A stretch of DNA of 64,000 bases from Nageia nagi (GCA_050084985.1 JBITNC010000001.1:106330001-106394000), one strand, 5' to 3'. Positions 12,240 to 26,925 are shown, counted from the first letter of the stretch. Notes: generated by a model not told the origin, from the letters alone. A program made the numbers and translations.

Positions 12240-14685
12240 AGATTTTCTATCATCAAGGTTGCTACCCCAATCACTATCACTAAAGCCTTCAAGCTTTACA
12301 TCATCTATTTTGAAGTAATGGATCCCAAAATTGGTTGTTCCTTTTGCATACATTTGGATTATTTTTGTAGGCTTCATGTGAGCCTTTAAAGGGTCACTCA
12401 TGTATCTTGAAACAAGTAACACAACATGTACAAGAGTAGATCTTATGTTGGTGAGAAACATCAAGCTTACCATAATGCTCCTATAGTTGGTCTCATCAAC
12501 TTTTGGTGTGCCATCATATCCACTCAATAACTCTCCATGAGTTATTAGTGTTGGTAGTGATTTTCAATCATCAATACCATATTTCTTCATCATGTCTTGG
12601 GCATATTTGTTTGGTATATGAAGATTTCATCATCTTATTGGTATACTTCCATTCCTAGGAACTAGTGCATAAGACCAAGATTATTCATTTCAAACTAATT
12701 CATCATGGAACTCTTAAAATCATCATTCATTTTGGATCTACTCCTCGTATAGATAATATCATCAACATAAAAGCACACTAGTAGGAGATCATTACCTTTC
12801 TTCATGATGTAGAGTGTAGGATCACTCTGTCTCATTGTGAATTTGCATTGATGTAAGTAACCATCAATCCTTAAGCACCAAGCTCTTTGATCTTGTTTGA
12901 GGTCATAAAAGGTCTTCTTCAATCTGTATATAATATGCCCCTTTTCTTGGATTAAAAAACCTTGAGGTTGTCCAATAGAAACCTCTTCATCCAAATACCC
13001 ATTAAGAAATGCATTTTTCACATCCATGTGCATCACCTTCCAACCTTTGTAGGAAGCTATTGAAAGAACCAATCTAATGGTTTCTTGCCTTGCTAAAGGA
13101 GAAAAGGTCTCTTCATAATCAATATCATACTTTTGGAGAAAGCATTTGGCCACAAGCCTTGCCTTGTTCCTTTCTATGGTGCTATCACTATTGTATTTTG
13201 TCTTGAAGATCCATTTACAACCAACAATGTTTTTGTCTTTTCAAAGCTCTATAATCTCTCATATATCATTTTTCTTTATGGAAGATATTTCATCTTCCAT
13301 GGCCTTAATCCACAAAAGATTGGTATATGCTTGTTCATAACTAGAAGGTTCAACCTCTATACTAGTTTTCAAAATATAGTGTACAAAATACCTTTGGGGG
13401 AATGATCATCTTCATCACCACATCTTGGAGTTCACTTTCTTGTCTTCTTATGAATCTTCTTGAGAAATTATTTTCCAATATTTGAGAAGGTGGATGGTTT
13501 ATAAGGGTTATTTTTCCTTTACTTTGCACATTTGGAGAATCTTGATCCATTGAAGAGCTTGGAGGACTTGGAGAACTCACACGTTGAGTCTTTGGAGGAC
13601 TTGGTGGAGAACTTTTTTTTCTGCTTTGATTATTGGGTTGCATGTTAGAGGGGTTTACATAATTGGGAAAATCACCAATATAGATTTTTTAATGACCCCT
13701 AGCTCCCCCTTCATCAAAAATTATTGGATTGTAGAGCCTATAAGCCTTTGAAGACTCACTATAACCAATAAAAATACAAGGATCACTCTTTAGATCAAGA
13801 ATTTTTCTAAGCTCATTCGGTATATGTACATATGCTAAACATCCAAACACTCTAAAATACCTTATATTTGATTTTTTTTTTCATAGCATTCTTCATAAGG
13901 AGTGACAACTTCAAATATTGAGGTTGGATTCTTATTGAGAATATACATTATTTTCCTTATCGTATCAACCCAATATTGATTACACAAACCCTTTGTTTGT
14001 AGCATGATCCTTTTCATTTCAATAATGGTATTATTTTTCCTTAATATAACACCATTTTGTTGTGGAGTATTGGTTGTTGTGAGTTTCCTTTTTATTCCAA
14101 AATCCTTACAAAAATTCATTATAGCAAAACTCTCCTCCCCTATGAATATTTAAACACTTTACTTGACACTCACTTTGATTATCTACTTGATTTTTGAAAT
14201 CTTAGAAATATATAAAAGCTTCATCCTTGTATTTTATGAAATACATCCACCACATTCTAAAGAAACCATCTATAAAAATGAGAAAGTAATAATTTTTACC
14301 CAAGCTTTGTGTTTGCATAGGTCCATAAATAATGCACTAATTGAAGTGGATTTTATGCCCTCCATGCTTCACCTCTTGGGAACTTGGTTCTTGAGTGCTT
14401 TCCTAAAGCACATCCTTCACACACTCCTCTATATTCTTCATTTGGGCAGCCTACATACCATGACTTGAGATGTTAACAATCTCAAACTCTTAAAATTGAG
14501 ACAACCATATCTTAAATGTTAAAGCTATGTTTTGTTATCTTAGGCTATTGTAGCAAGTTTGCACCATTATCACCAAATTTTAGAGGAAATAATCTTTTTT
14601 TTTAGTTGTTTGTATTGAAGTGAACAACTTATTACCATAATCGTATCATATATTTTTCAATTTGCATCTTCAAATACAAGATTAT
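12240..14685 (-). pseudogene. Copia A pol (GAG-pre-integrase, integrase, RT, start of RNase H)
   Basis: TPQQNGV (13862-14119); [26 protein letters not shown] (12695-13153); GFSDSDWG (12234-12527). Confidence 0.95.
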
Positions 14686-14829
14686 TGTAGATACCCAAAA
14701 ATAACATACTTTTTTTAAAAATGAGTTAAATGCATTGATATGCTTAATTCATAATTTTGTATAAGTTATAATATCTAAATATTCAAAAAGAAATTATTCA
14801 AATATTTTAAAAATCAAAATATTTCACTA

Positions 14830-17800
14830 TGTTGAGTCATTTTAGGGCTCACTCCTCAAACATGCCCTAGGAGAGAGATGTTTACCTTCAAGCTTCTAAA
14901 CTTCTTCAAACAAGCACAAAATATCCAACACTTGGCTAGGAATAAAAGATATGAAATTAAACTTGTAAAAAATACCTTAAAATCCTAACATCTAGCTATG
15001 ATGAGCAATTATGAAATCAATGTAACAAAATATCTACAATATTCCAATGACTTAAGTAAGAAGCAAAATGATACTTCAATAGTGCAAAAATGCTTCACAA
15101 ACCCAACTTCCCAGTTTGAGATCCCAAAAACATACTAAGAAATGAAAATATCACTCTAGATCCAACATTGCAACTAGGAAGAGAAAATAGCAATGCGATA
15201 ATATAATAATGCTTCCAAATCCAATGTTCAAGCATAAAGAGATAAATAGCAATATTTAGATAGTAAACTGCAATTGTATTTGATATAGAAAGAATAGAAC
15301 AATTACAATATTTTTATAAAGCTAAGGAGATTGTACCAAGACTATCTCCAATATGGTTATTTTGGATGGATCTAGGGCTTCACCAATCCCAAAAGTAGTG
15401 AGGCAAGACTAAGTCTCCTCTATAGCAACTATGATGGAACCAATAACATTCCTCTCAATATGGATAAAGTAGTTTTAAGAATAGCCTCCTATCCCCTTGA
15501 TACCTCAAATGCAGGTCACCCCATAAGTGGTAAAGATAGAGTCTCCACTCAATCTAAAATAAAAGGGTTTAATAACAAATTTAGCATATATCATAATGGC
15601 TATGAGTTCTCCTTTTATAGGTGATGGTGATCATCTTCTAATATTGCATTGAGAAGATCCAATAGTGGAGAGATGTGATTCATGTGCTCATATATGCAAT
15701 GTCCAAGATGGGGAGCCTTGGGATAGATGGAATCACATCTACGAGTAAGAAATTCCAACATCTAAGAGAGGGTGACATCAAGGCACCTTATGATTAGTTC
15801 CATCGGTCCACATTATGAGGAAGGCCAATGTGGGATCTTGGGATACTCTTGTACCCAATTTCCATACTCTAGGGTCATCTACTTACCTCAATATTGCAAA
15901 CACCTTGTTCAAAGTGCCACATCCATCCTAGAAGCTCCAAATGACCTCGTAGTTAGTGCAATCACCTAGGGGGATGCTCTACTTCAAAGAGGGGAGCACA
16001 AATGACTATAGATACATTTAATGATAATATTACAATCATCAAGGCTAGAATATGCAATACCTCATTTAATGAGACTAATATTGCATGTATAATTATAATT
16101 ACCTTGGTATTACAAATACAACATTATTGGCATTTTTAATATTTAACTAAACATTAATAAATAAATAAAAGGCCCATTTATTCCATTATTAGAGCTTTAT
16201 TGAGTCTCTAAGTGAAATTTATAGTATCTTAGTCAAATTTTAATAAAATAGATAAAAACACTCCTAAATTAACATTCCCATTTATTATAAGTGAAATGGG
16301 AAAAATACCGAAAAATAGGGACATTACAAGTTTACCCTTCCCAAATTGCTTTTCATCAAGCAACTCAAAAAATCCACTATTGTAGCAACATTTTCTTGGT
16401 CATTCCAAGAATCTTCAATCTTTGATGCAACAACTCTAAATTTGGATGTGTTCTCTTGAATCTCAATGTCCATATACATAAGCTAAATAATGCAAAGCTA
16501 GTTCCAAATTTTAAAATTTGGCCAAGATACCAATTACTCAACCTTCAAGAAATGATTTTTTACAAGCTCATAGTAAATAGAGCTTCCTACACTCATAACA
16601 TCTCACTTCCAATCTCTGATTTTGAATACAACAATAAAAATTCTCCAACATCTCCTCCTTAGGATTCCATGGTGCAAATACCATCATAAAATTGAATCAA
16701 TATCAGTAAATTAACTCTCTTATTTTTTAACAACCTCCTTGCAGTGACTTGTGGTTCTAAATTTGCCAAAAAATAATAGCCAGTATGTCCAATAACCCTA
16801 TAAAATCATCAATACTTACCTTCCATGATAAAAATAATTAATACTTACAAGTGTGATCACTTATGATGTAGTCTCAACTCCTAATTGGCCTCATTGAGCC
16901 AACATCCCACTTTAAGTATCTCTAAAAAGTAACAAAGGTTTCAAAAAACCTTCTAATAGCTCAATTTTTGGCCTTTAGTGACTTTAAAATGCAGCAAAGA
17001 GTCCAAAAACTCTTTCAAAATCCCAACATTTTATCCAAAATATCCTTAGAAATCTGAACTAACTCCAAAAAAAAGCCTCAATTTTCCATTCTCCAAATGA
17101 TCCTAAAATATGGTTCAAACTAAAGAATCCTCCTTAGTATGTCAAAATCCACTTTAGAATAGTCTAAAATACAAATTAATTTGCATAAATGCCCTTAAAC
17201 TACAAACATATAGCTTAGTTAGACCTCCAAATATAGAAAGATCCTTCAAAATAGCTTTGGTATGCCAATGTCTAGCCTTAGGTGATCTTGAAAAGTAGAA
17301 TGAAGCTCAAAACTCCTTCAAGGTACTAATGTCCACCCAAACATTACCCTAAAATGCAATAGAAGTCTCAAAATTCTCCTAATTGGCCAACTTCCTCCTT
17401 CAAGTGGGCTCAAAATATAGAACCAACCTTCGAAAAGCACTCAAATCACTAATGTTTGCCATATAAAGATCTCAAAATGTAGATTTAAGCCCAAAAATAC
17501 CCTCAGTGATGCAACGTCCAACTTTAGATGGGTCTAGGATGTAGCTTCAACCACTAAACTCTTCTCAAAACACCAATGTCCTCCTTATAGGATCCTCAAA
17601 ATGTTGAACAAGCTACAAAATAGCTCCCAAAATACCAACATCTAGCCCCAAATGAGCTTAGAATCTCCAAAAAACCTCTTATTCCTCCTTTAAACTCAAA
17701 ATAAATCAAGAACAAACTTCAAAATTAAAATTAAGTGTAAAAATGTTGAAAACATACCTTTTTAAGTTGGATGAATCTCCTCAAATATTCAAAATTCAAA

Positions 17801-19797
17801 ATTAGGGCCAAGAGATGTTATAATGACTTGCTAGAAGGATGAAATAGGGCTCCTAGATCCCCAATGACTTGCTCCAAGCATCCAAATCCTCCATAAACTC
17901 CTTTGAAATGATCACTATGATGCTAAGTCAACTCTATTCCTCAATGGGATGAATAAAATTCTCCATAACTAACATTGTGAGTACTATGATCAAGCATAAT
18001 ATCACAATGACTCTTCTTCAGCTCCTCCAAGTCTTCCAGCAATATCCTTTAGTAGCAACTCATTAACTCCTACCTAGCAGCAATGGAAAGATCTCCAACT
18101 TCTCTTAGTAAATTTTTTGTGTGATACCACTATGATGTGGGTATCCCAAATCTTAAAACTCTCTTTAGTTCCAACTTGAAACCCTTCATGAATGATGACC
18201 TTGATTCCCATCAAGATGAAAGAATCAAGTCTCTGATACCACTATGATGAGCCATTCTTGGGATCACTTCTCAAACATACCTTTGGAGAGGGACAATTAG
18301 CTATAAGCTTCTAAATTGCTCCAAATAAGCTCAAATAAGTACAAAATATCCAACAACTAGATAGGAATAAAAGATATGAAACTAAACTTGTAGAAAATAC
18401 CTCCAAACCCCAACATCTAGCTATAATAAGCAATTACAAAATCAATGCAAGAAAATATCCCTATTATTCCAATGACTTGAGAAAGAAGCAAAATGATACT
18501 TCAATAGTACAAAAATGCTCCACAAATACAACATCCTAGTTGGAGATCCCAAACAAATACTAAGTAAGGAAAATATCACTCCATATCTAACATTGCAACC
18601 AAGAAGATAAAATAGCCATGGGATAATATAATAATGCTTTCAAATCCAATGTTAAAGCATAAAGAGACAAATAGCAATATTTCAACAATAAAATGTAATT
18701 GTATTGGTTATAGCAAGAATAGATAAATTACAATATTTTTATCAACCTAAGGAGTTTGTACCAGAATAGATAAATTATAATATTTTATAAATTACAATTT
18801 GTACCAATAGGGTTATTTTAGATGGCTCTAGGGCCTCACCAATCATAGAAGAAGTGCAGAAATACTAGGTCTCCTCTATAGCAACTATGATGGAACCAAC
18901 AATGTTCCTCTAAAGATGGCTAGAGTAAGTTCAAGGGTGTCCTCTTATCCCCTCGAGACCTTAAATATAGATTGTTCCACAAGTGGAAAGGGTAGAATCT
19001 CCATTCAATCTGAAAGAAAAGAGTTTAATAACAAATTCATCATATCTAATCATGGCTATGAGTTCTCCTTTTATAGGTGAGGGTGATCATCTTCTAATCT
19101 TGCATTGAGATGATCCAATAGTGGAGAGATATGATCTATGTGTTCATGTATGCAACGTCTAATATGGAGAGCCTTAGGATGGATGAAATAGGATGAAATC
19201 ACATCTAAGGGTCAAGAATGCCAAAATCCAAGAGGGGGTTATACCAGAGTGCCTTATTATTAATGCCATCGATTCATGTGCCTAGGAAGGCCAACATGGG
19301 ATCTTAGGATGCTCCCATGCTAAATGTTCATGCTCTAAGGTTGTCTACTTGCATCAAGATTACCAACACATAGTTTGAAGTGCAACATCTATCTTTGAAT
19401 CTCCAATTGACCTCATAGTCAATGCAATCACCTAGGGGGATGCTCTACCTTGAAGAGGGAAGCAGTAATGACTAGAGATACATTTAATACCAATATTACA
19501 ATCATCAAGGCTAAAATATGCAATACCTCATATAATGAGACTAATATTGCATTTACAATTATAAAAACCTTATTATTACAAATACAACATTATTGGTATT
19601 TTTGTATTTAATTAAACATAAATAAATAAATAAATAAAAGGGTTATTTATTCCATATTAGAGCTTTATTGAGTCTTTAGGTGGAATTTATAACATTTTGT
19701 CCAAATTCTAATAAAATAGACAAAAACATACCTAAATTAATGTTCCTATTTATTAGAGGTGAAATAAGAAAAATGCCCAAAAAATGGGAATATTACA
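14830..19797 (-). mobile_element. Non-coding LTR element H (LARD-like, chromovirus-derived), inserted in the 5' LTR of G
   Basis: LTRs 14830-16328 and 18245-19797 (~1.5 kb). PBS tggtatcagag at 18231-18241, PPT tttgggaagggtaaact at 16329-16345. The 1.9-kb interior has no ORF; a remnant next to the PPT resembles a chromodomain tail (LDEKQFGKG). Confidence 0.9.
17030..17670. repeat. Highly degenerate ~61-bp periodic array inside H
   Basis: aa(t/c)gtcc-like and caaaatgtag-like motifs recur every 60-63 bp (~17268, 17328, 17389, 17451, 17513, 17575, 17637). Confidence 0.6.
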
Positions 19798-21149
19798 TTC
19801 ATAAAGTGCTAAAATGCATCAAAGAGAGCTCAAATGACTTAAAAGCAAATAAAACAAAATAGGGTATTTCCTAGATACTGAACCTTAATTTATGATCATG
19901 ATATAAAATATAATACAAAGTTAGAATTCTTCCTACTTGCCTCATTATTGTCCTATTCATTATTTCTATTGCTCATGTATGATTTTTGCTCTCAAATTGC
20001 TCCAATATTGTATGTTAGGGTTTGAAGCTAGGGTTTGAAAGAATCAAGGGTTTACACTCTAGTTCTCTAACAATTATCTTCAATATACTTCCCATGGATG
20101 ATAGATAACTTATTCATGGTGAATTTGTGATAAATTATACATTATATTACACATATTATTGGCTACTCAAGGTTTTTGCAAGTTTGAACTCACTCTCACC
20201 ATGGAAAAGCTTTGGATTCTCAACATTTATATCATCCATCAAAATTGATTGTATGTAGTATCTTATGTAGGCTAATTTTCATAATAATTGCATTTTAATC
20301 AAAATCCATTATATTTTATCCATTAGAATCATATATATATGGTGTAATTGTATTATTAGCCTTGTGGGTATCCTTGAATCCTTTAGATCTAAGGATCTTT
20401 AACATTCATAGGGTTTGTAATATTTTCAAGATTTAAATCATAATTATGGTTAAATTGCATAAATTCTTGGTTAAATCCATTTCAAATTGCTATAACATCA
20501 TTCTAAATTATCTAAAGGACATCTAGGCATATACACTATCAACAATAGCATCCCTATATTCTTTGTGATCATTGATTGGAGGCTAGGGTGCTCACATTGC
20601 CTTTTATAATGAGGTAACTCACTCCAAGCTTATTTAGGTTCCTTAAAGGGCCTAAATTGGAGGTACCCTTACCTTTCTTTGATGCACCTAGGTTTATTTA
20701 GAACTTTTCCAAGTTCTTGAAGCATAATTTGAAGTTTGAAACATATCTTTACACTAATATTGGTATCATTCAAATTTAGAAAAGTATATGTTATGTTATA
20801 TCTTTAAAATATTATGTGTAATAACATCTTATCTATGTTTAGAGAAATAGAGAAGGTTTTTTTTGTGTACATTAAATTGTGAACCCTACGTGAACATATC
20901 CTTGATTCAAAATTCAAATTGGGGGATTTTTATATTTTCTTTTCCTCCAAACCTTGCTAAAAATAGATCAATCAACTTTCAAAAGGAATAACATTTTTGT
21001 AGATACATACAATTGAGCTAATTATTTTTTCATTAGATAGTTCTATATTATACCTTTCCAACATGTATATGCATGCTACCTTTTCTAAGTATTGATCATC
21101 ATTTTGACAAAGTTATGATAAATTTCCCAACCTTTACCTAGAAGCATAG

Positions 21150-21420
21150 TCCCTACTACACCCCATATGAGGCATACCGTGCATCATACTAGGTGCTTTG
21201 TGCCTCATATATTGACCAAAATTCATTCTCTATATGATCTAAAACATATTATACCTCACCCTAGGTGAAGTGCACCATGCAAATTGACCAAAATTCACCT
21301 CCAAGTTAGATGCATTATGCCTCACCCTAGATGCACTGCACCTTACCCTAGGTGCATTGTGCCTTAAAGAAATCTCAAAAATCACTTAGGACCTCAAATG
21401 CACTATGCATCAAAATAAAG
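21150..21420. repeat. Degenerate short repeats in the leader of G
   Basis: Recurrent ctaggtgca(c/t)tgtgcctca and ttgaccaaaattca units. Confidence 0.55.
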
Positions 21421-22605
21421 AGTGTGTTTTATTATAAAAACTCAATCCGTGCCTAACTTAGATTGCACCTCATGACAATCAAGAAGAATTTTAGAAAATT
21501 TGTTTAAAATTTTGTAATAAGACTTAATTTCTAGCTTGTCACAACCAAGTAGATCACTTATAAAAACATAGGGGTTTTTGATCACACTCATTTTGAAAGT
21601 GTGGACCTAATTTTATTTGTTGTTTTCAAGTTTTCCTTGATGATTGGAAATTATTTAAAGCTCTCTCATTTGTGAGGGACTTGTAACCTAGTTGACATTA
21701 CACCTTGGAGCATAAGGGAACATTGGTAACTAGGTAAGAGTTTGAATTACTTTAATAATCTAATACATATTGTTTATTTACTCTTTGCATACTATGATTT
21801 CCATTAATTTTTCATTGATAATAATTAAAAATTGCATTCATCTTGGGAGCATTGGTGCATTCACAAGAAATTTACTTTGGATTAAAAATCAAGTCTTGAA
21901 AAGGGATCTTTCTCTTACTATTGGGAATTTCTTGCTCCTTGTTTCATTCATTATAAAGCATAAATTTATATTACTTTCATTTTCAAATAGAAAAAAATGA
22001 AAAGAGCACACTTGGGTGGGATTGTAAAGAATTATTGGGAGAGTAGAATTACATTTTATCATAGTGTTGCACTTTCATATTTTCTTGTTTGTATTAAATT
22101 CCATTCATAATCTTAGGGAGTATATAGGGCATGTGGACTTGATTCCCACAGCCTAACCCATACTCAGAGTTTAAAAATGAAGTGGGAGCCTCCCCTTTAT
22201 TCAAGATAGCTTCCTATAGAGGGTACCTAAGACACCACGTAAAATGTTCCACCCCATTGAGATCGAGCGTTACCCATTTTAAATTCTTGAATAGAATCAT
22301 CTCTTAGGGAAACCAAATAAGGTGAGTTGAAATATACTTTACATTAAAATCAACACTAATTAAAAATATAAGATTCCAAATTAAACAAGAAAGAAATTAG
22401 ATGCATAAATGAAAATTGCTATCTCAAACTCTTGCTATCTTCATTTAGACTTGCATTTCATACTAAGGTTGATTACATTCTCACTCAAATAAAATTTAAT
22501 CTCAACATATTGTAAGCTTGGTGTTGTTTGTTTCTTTAAATTTTAAGCAATATTTGGTTCATTTTTCTTACATACTTCTCAAGATTACTTGTACAAATTC
22601 TTAAA

Positions 22606-24520
22606 ATGAATTCTAATTTTGAAATAATAAATAATGTTATATTGAGAGCACAAATGAATCATTCATTTAATGAACCTATCATTTCTAGAGTTGGGATTCC
22701 ATATCCATCATTTACAAAAGCTCTAGGAGTCTTCCAAAATTTGAGCCAAACTAGTCTAAATCCTTCAATCCCTATCATTCACAACTCTCCACAATAAAGT
22801 GATCTATTTTGAATAGATCCAAGGCAACATGGTTCAAGGCAAGCCCAAAAAAACACATTTCCATAAAATCCAAATGTACAAGGTACAATAAATTTTGGAA
22901 AAAATCAACAAAGTGCACAATAACCTTTCTTTAGTATTTCAAATACACCATAAGTTTCAAATACAAATTCATATTTCCTCAACTCAAAATATATCATAAA
23001 ATTTGGAAATTCAAAAAAATATTGATGCATTACAAAAGCTTGTAACACAATTATACCATGAGGCTCAACTTCAAAAATAAGTTAAGGATGCACAACAAAC
23101 TCTATTGCAAAATCCAACTAGTACACAACTAAATCAAAATCGATAGGCTTAACAATTTATATCTTACCATGCTATACAGGTCAATCATTTTGGGAGGAAA
23201 ATGAGTGTAATGATTAGTTCTTCATAAAATTATGCACCTAATTTAATGAATTATCACATGGGTCAAAATATTCTAATCATAACTTTGAACACTCATGTAC
23301 AAAATAGTTGCAACATGTGGCACCTCAACATGTGCAACAAACATTATTGATGGCTCTTCCATAATATCAACAAGCTCAATAAGCCTCACAACTTGTAATG
23401 CAACATCAATCTTATGGAAAAATAGTGGTGATCAAGGTCAAGATCCAATAAAAAGGAAAAGATTTACCTTATTGGGAGAACAATTTTCTCAAATATTTAA
23501 AAAAATTCAATGAAGTAAAATTACTAAGATTGTCAAAAGTTCAATGGGATCCAAGTTGGATATTTAAGCCCTGGTATAAGAATGATAAATTTTATGAATT
23601 CCATAAGGTTCAAGGGAATGATACAAATAGATGCATATATTTAAGGAAAGTGGTAAAAACCTTCATAAATAATGAAAAGTTGATATTTAATGATCCATCA
23701 ATGAAACCAAATCATAATTTGGGATTATTTCAAAATCCACTACCTCAAAGGAATGATACTCAAGTTGGCTCAACTTTATTTTCTAAACAAGTGAATGAAA
23801 ATCATGTGCAAAAGCAACTAAAAGAAACACAAGTTCTAAGTTCAAATAATATGGCACCAAGGGTATAAAATATGAGGGGAAGGGGAATGGGGTATCCATA
23901 TCTTCTCTATTAGTAGGTGAGGCAATCGACAAACATATCTTATGAACTATTGCATTAGGATAATATAAAATCTTGGAAGAGTTTTCTCTTGATCTTTCTT
24001 TTCATAATGATGATGAGCTTGTTACCCCATTATTAACCTTGGATGCTTCATCATTAGGGGAATGTACACACACAAATGAAGGTTTATATATGCCTCCATA
24101 AATTATAGTACATGGCTTTCCCTAAATGTTGCTACTTGTTAGGATAACTTCACTCACTATTCGATCACATTAACAACTACAAGAAGTTGAACAGTCATCA
24201 TTTATGAGGATTATAAATGATACCAAAAAAGCTTAACTACAAACAATACTAAGAGAACAAAAGCAACATCTGGTACAACCACCTCAAAAATAAAATCTTA
24301 TTACATTGGAAGAATCAATATCAAAAACTTTACAAAGGGTTCTTAAGGAAAAGCTCATAACAATACCCAAAGTTAAGCACAACCCACATGATTGAAAAAG
24401 ACCCTTGTACAAAGAAAATGAATTATGTGATTATTATATGATAAAATAAAATAGTACTAATGGGTGTAAGAGATTGAAACAAGTTCTCCATGAACTTATT
24501 GGTAACAAATTAATAAGCAC
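22606..24520 (+). pseudogene. Decayed gag-like remnant of G with two copies of an Athila/Tat-type Cys/His motif
   Basis: RFTLLGEQFSQIFKK...WYKNDKFYEFHKVQGNDTNRCIYLRKVVKTFI (23460-23700). A second similar block ITLEESISKTLQRVLKEKLI...STNGCKRLKQVLHELI at ~24300-24510. Confidence 0.6.
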
Positions 24521-25409
24521 TAATGTATGCCATTATCATATTGGAAACATGGGAGTCAACATTGGAGCTTGGTCCTCTTTTGTGGTTATACATTAATGGG
24601 TGCTTCAAGGTAGGAAAAATTCACTCATCTCTCACATTATACATGATCTTGCCATAGTCATTATATCATATTATTGTACATAGCTTGTTGTATATATCCA
24701 TTATGTATCCCTTGTATATAGCCATTATGTGTAAACATGGTGTTATCCTTTAGTTAAAAATAATAATAATTAATAAATAAAAATAATATAAAATAAAAAT
24801 AACATAAAAACCAATAAGAGAGAAAATTTGAGAAAATAAATTATTTAAAAAGAAAATAGAGAGCTAATTTGGCATATTAACTAAAGAAAATCTTTGAATA
24901 CATATAGCATGATCAATGAGCACTTATAAATGAACAATGATGTTTTGTTGACTACACCTTTTGCATTCATCTTCCATTGCTTGAAAGGTGGGGTATTAAT
25001 TATCTAAAATCAAGCTCAATAACACCCTATCCTACTATATTGGAAACATATCATACCCATTAGCTTTAGCATTATCCTTGAGGATAATACTTTATTTTTC
25101 ATTTAACATGGGGCAAAGTTATCATTCTAGTACTGTGGTCATATCATGATCTTTATCCTCCTTACAATCCATTCAACATGGAGTAAGAAGAGCATTTATT
25201 TTCAATATTTTATGACTATATCATTGAGTTAGGGAGTGTTATAAGTCAAGAATTTTGCATGATGTCATAAATAGAATATCTCACATTGATCTTATCTTTC
25301 GAGAGAATTTCACACTTGTTTCCAACATTTTGGTAGGTTGCATCCCTACATTCATAAACCATTATTGGTTAGAAAAATATTGTTGACCATTACCTTACAA
25401 ACATTTATC

Positions 25410-26040
25410 AAATTCAAAATAGCCTCAAAATATCTAAAAATTGAAATATCTTCAAAATATCTAAAAATTGAAATATCTTCAAAATATCTAAAAATCAAAA
25501 TATTTTCAAAATGTCTAAAATTCAAAATATATAAAAATTGAAATGAATTCAAAATGTTTAAAAATTAAAAATATCTTCAAAATATCTAAAAATCAAAATA
25601 TGCACAAAATATCTAAAAATTGAAATATTTTCAAAGTATCTAAAATTTGAAATATCTTCAAAATGTCTAAAAATTGAAATATTTTCAAATGTTTAAAAAT
25701 TGAAATATCTTCAAAATGTATAAAAATCTAAATGTTTAAAAATTAAAATATCTTCAAGATGTTTAAAAATCAAAATATTTTCAAAATGTTTAAAAATTGA
25801 AATATCTTCAAAATGTTTTAAAATTGAAATATCTTCAAAATGTATAAAAATTGAAATATCTTCAAAATGTCAAAAAATCAAAATATTTTTAAAATATCTT
25901 AAAATCAAATGTTCAAAATTTTTAAAAAGCTCAAATGTTCCAAATTTCAAAATTTATAAAAAGCTCAAAAGTCCAAAATTTCTAAAAATTTCAATAGCTA
26001 AAAATCTCAAAATTTCAAAAAGCTAAAATCTAAAAATATG
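25410..26040. repeat. 27-bp minisatellite in the 3' region of G
   Basis: ttcaaaatatctaaaaattgaaatatc, about 17 copies, decaying to the right. Confidence 0.92.
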
Positions 26041-26599
26041 TATTTTTACCCATTGAGCTTCATTCTTCAAAAATATTATAATATTTCAAATAGTTTACCT
26101 TCTAAATAAATCAATGCTTTGTTAGACTTCATTTTTCTCATCCATCAAACCATCGTTTGAGGGTGAAGTCATTTATACATATCTCAAATGAATCAATACT
26201 TAAATCTTATAGCTTATGGATAAATGGAAAATCATAAACTTTGGCTTAAAACCATCACATAATTTTATTTCTAAATCTCTAAATATCTCAAAATGGGTGG
26301 GTCTATGTATCCTTTCACACTGGGTTTTGACACTCATAGCATACATCACATTGATAAGAAGTGAGTCTCTTTCCACACTTGCACACATGGGTATTTGAGT
26401 TGGGCATATTATTTATTTCATGTTTATATAAATTTAGGCATATCCTAAATTGATTCATGATTGGGATATATTTTACACTTGTTCCTCAATATTGTGTAAG
26501 TATATATACTTACATCCATAACTACATATTGGTCTAAGAAAGCATCATTTGAATATTGGATAGGTCTACATGCTTACAAGCATATACACCTATATCAGG

Positions 26600-26925
26600 G
26601 CAAAAGTCTAAAAAGTATAAAAATCTCAAAAATCCAAAGTCCAAAAAGCATAAACATCTCAAAAATCAAAATTCCAAAAAGCATAAGCATTCAAAAAGCA
26701 CAAGCATCTAAAATCTAAATTGCTCTTCAAAATATAATTTATCAAAATCTAAGGTGTTCAAAATCTAAATTGCTCAAAATCTGAAGCGTTCAAAGTCTAA
26801 ATTGCTCAAAATCTAAATTGCTCAAAATCTAAATTGCTCAAAATCTAAAGCATTCAAAATCTAAAGTGTTCAAAATCTAAATTTCTCAAATCTAAATTGC
26901 TTAAAATATAAATTGTTAAAAATTT
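26600..26925. repeat. 16-bp minisatellite before the PPT of G
   Basis: ttgctcaaaatctaaa units. Confidence 0.85.

Noticed and set aside
17030-17670. CRISPR-like repeat/spacer pattern (also considered for 57930-58890 and 25410-26040)
   Set aside because: The units are degenerate tandem copies without identical repeats or unique spacers, they lie inside plant retroelements, and there are no cas genes.
25338-25552. Repetitive ORFs on both strands (ISSKYLKIE / FRYFEDISI)
   Set aside because: They are by-products of the 27-bp minisatellite.
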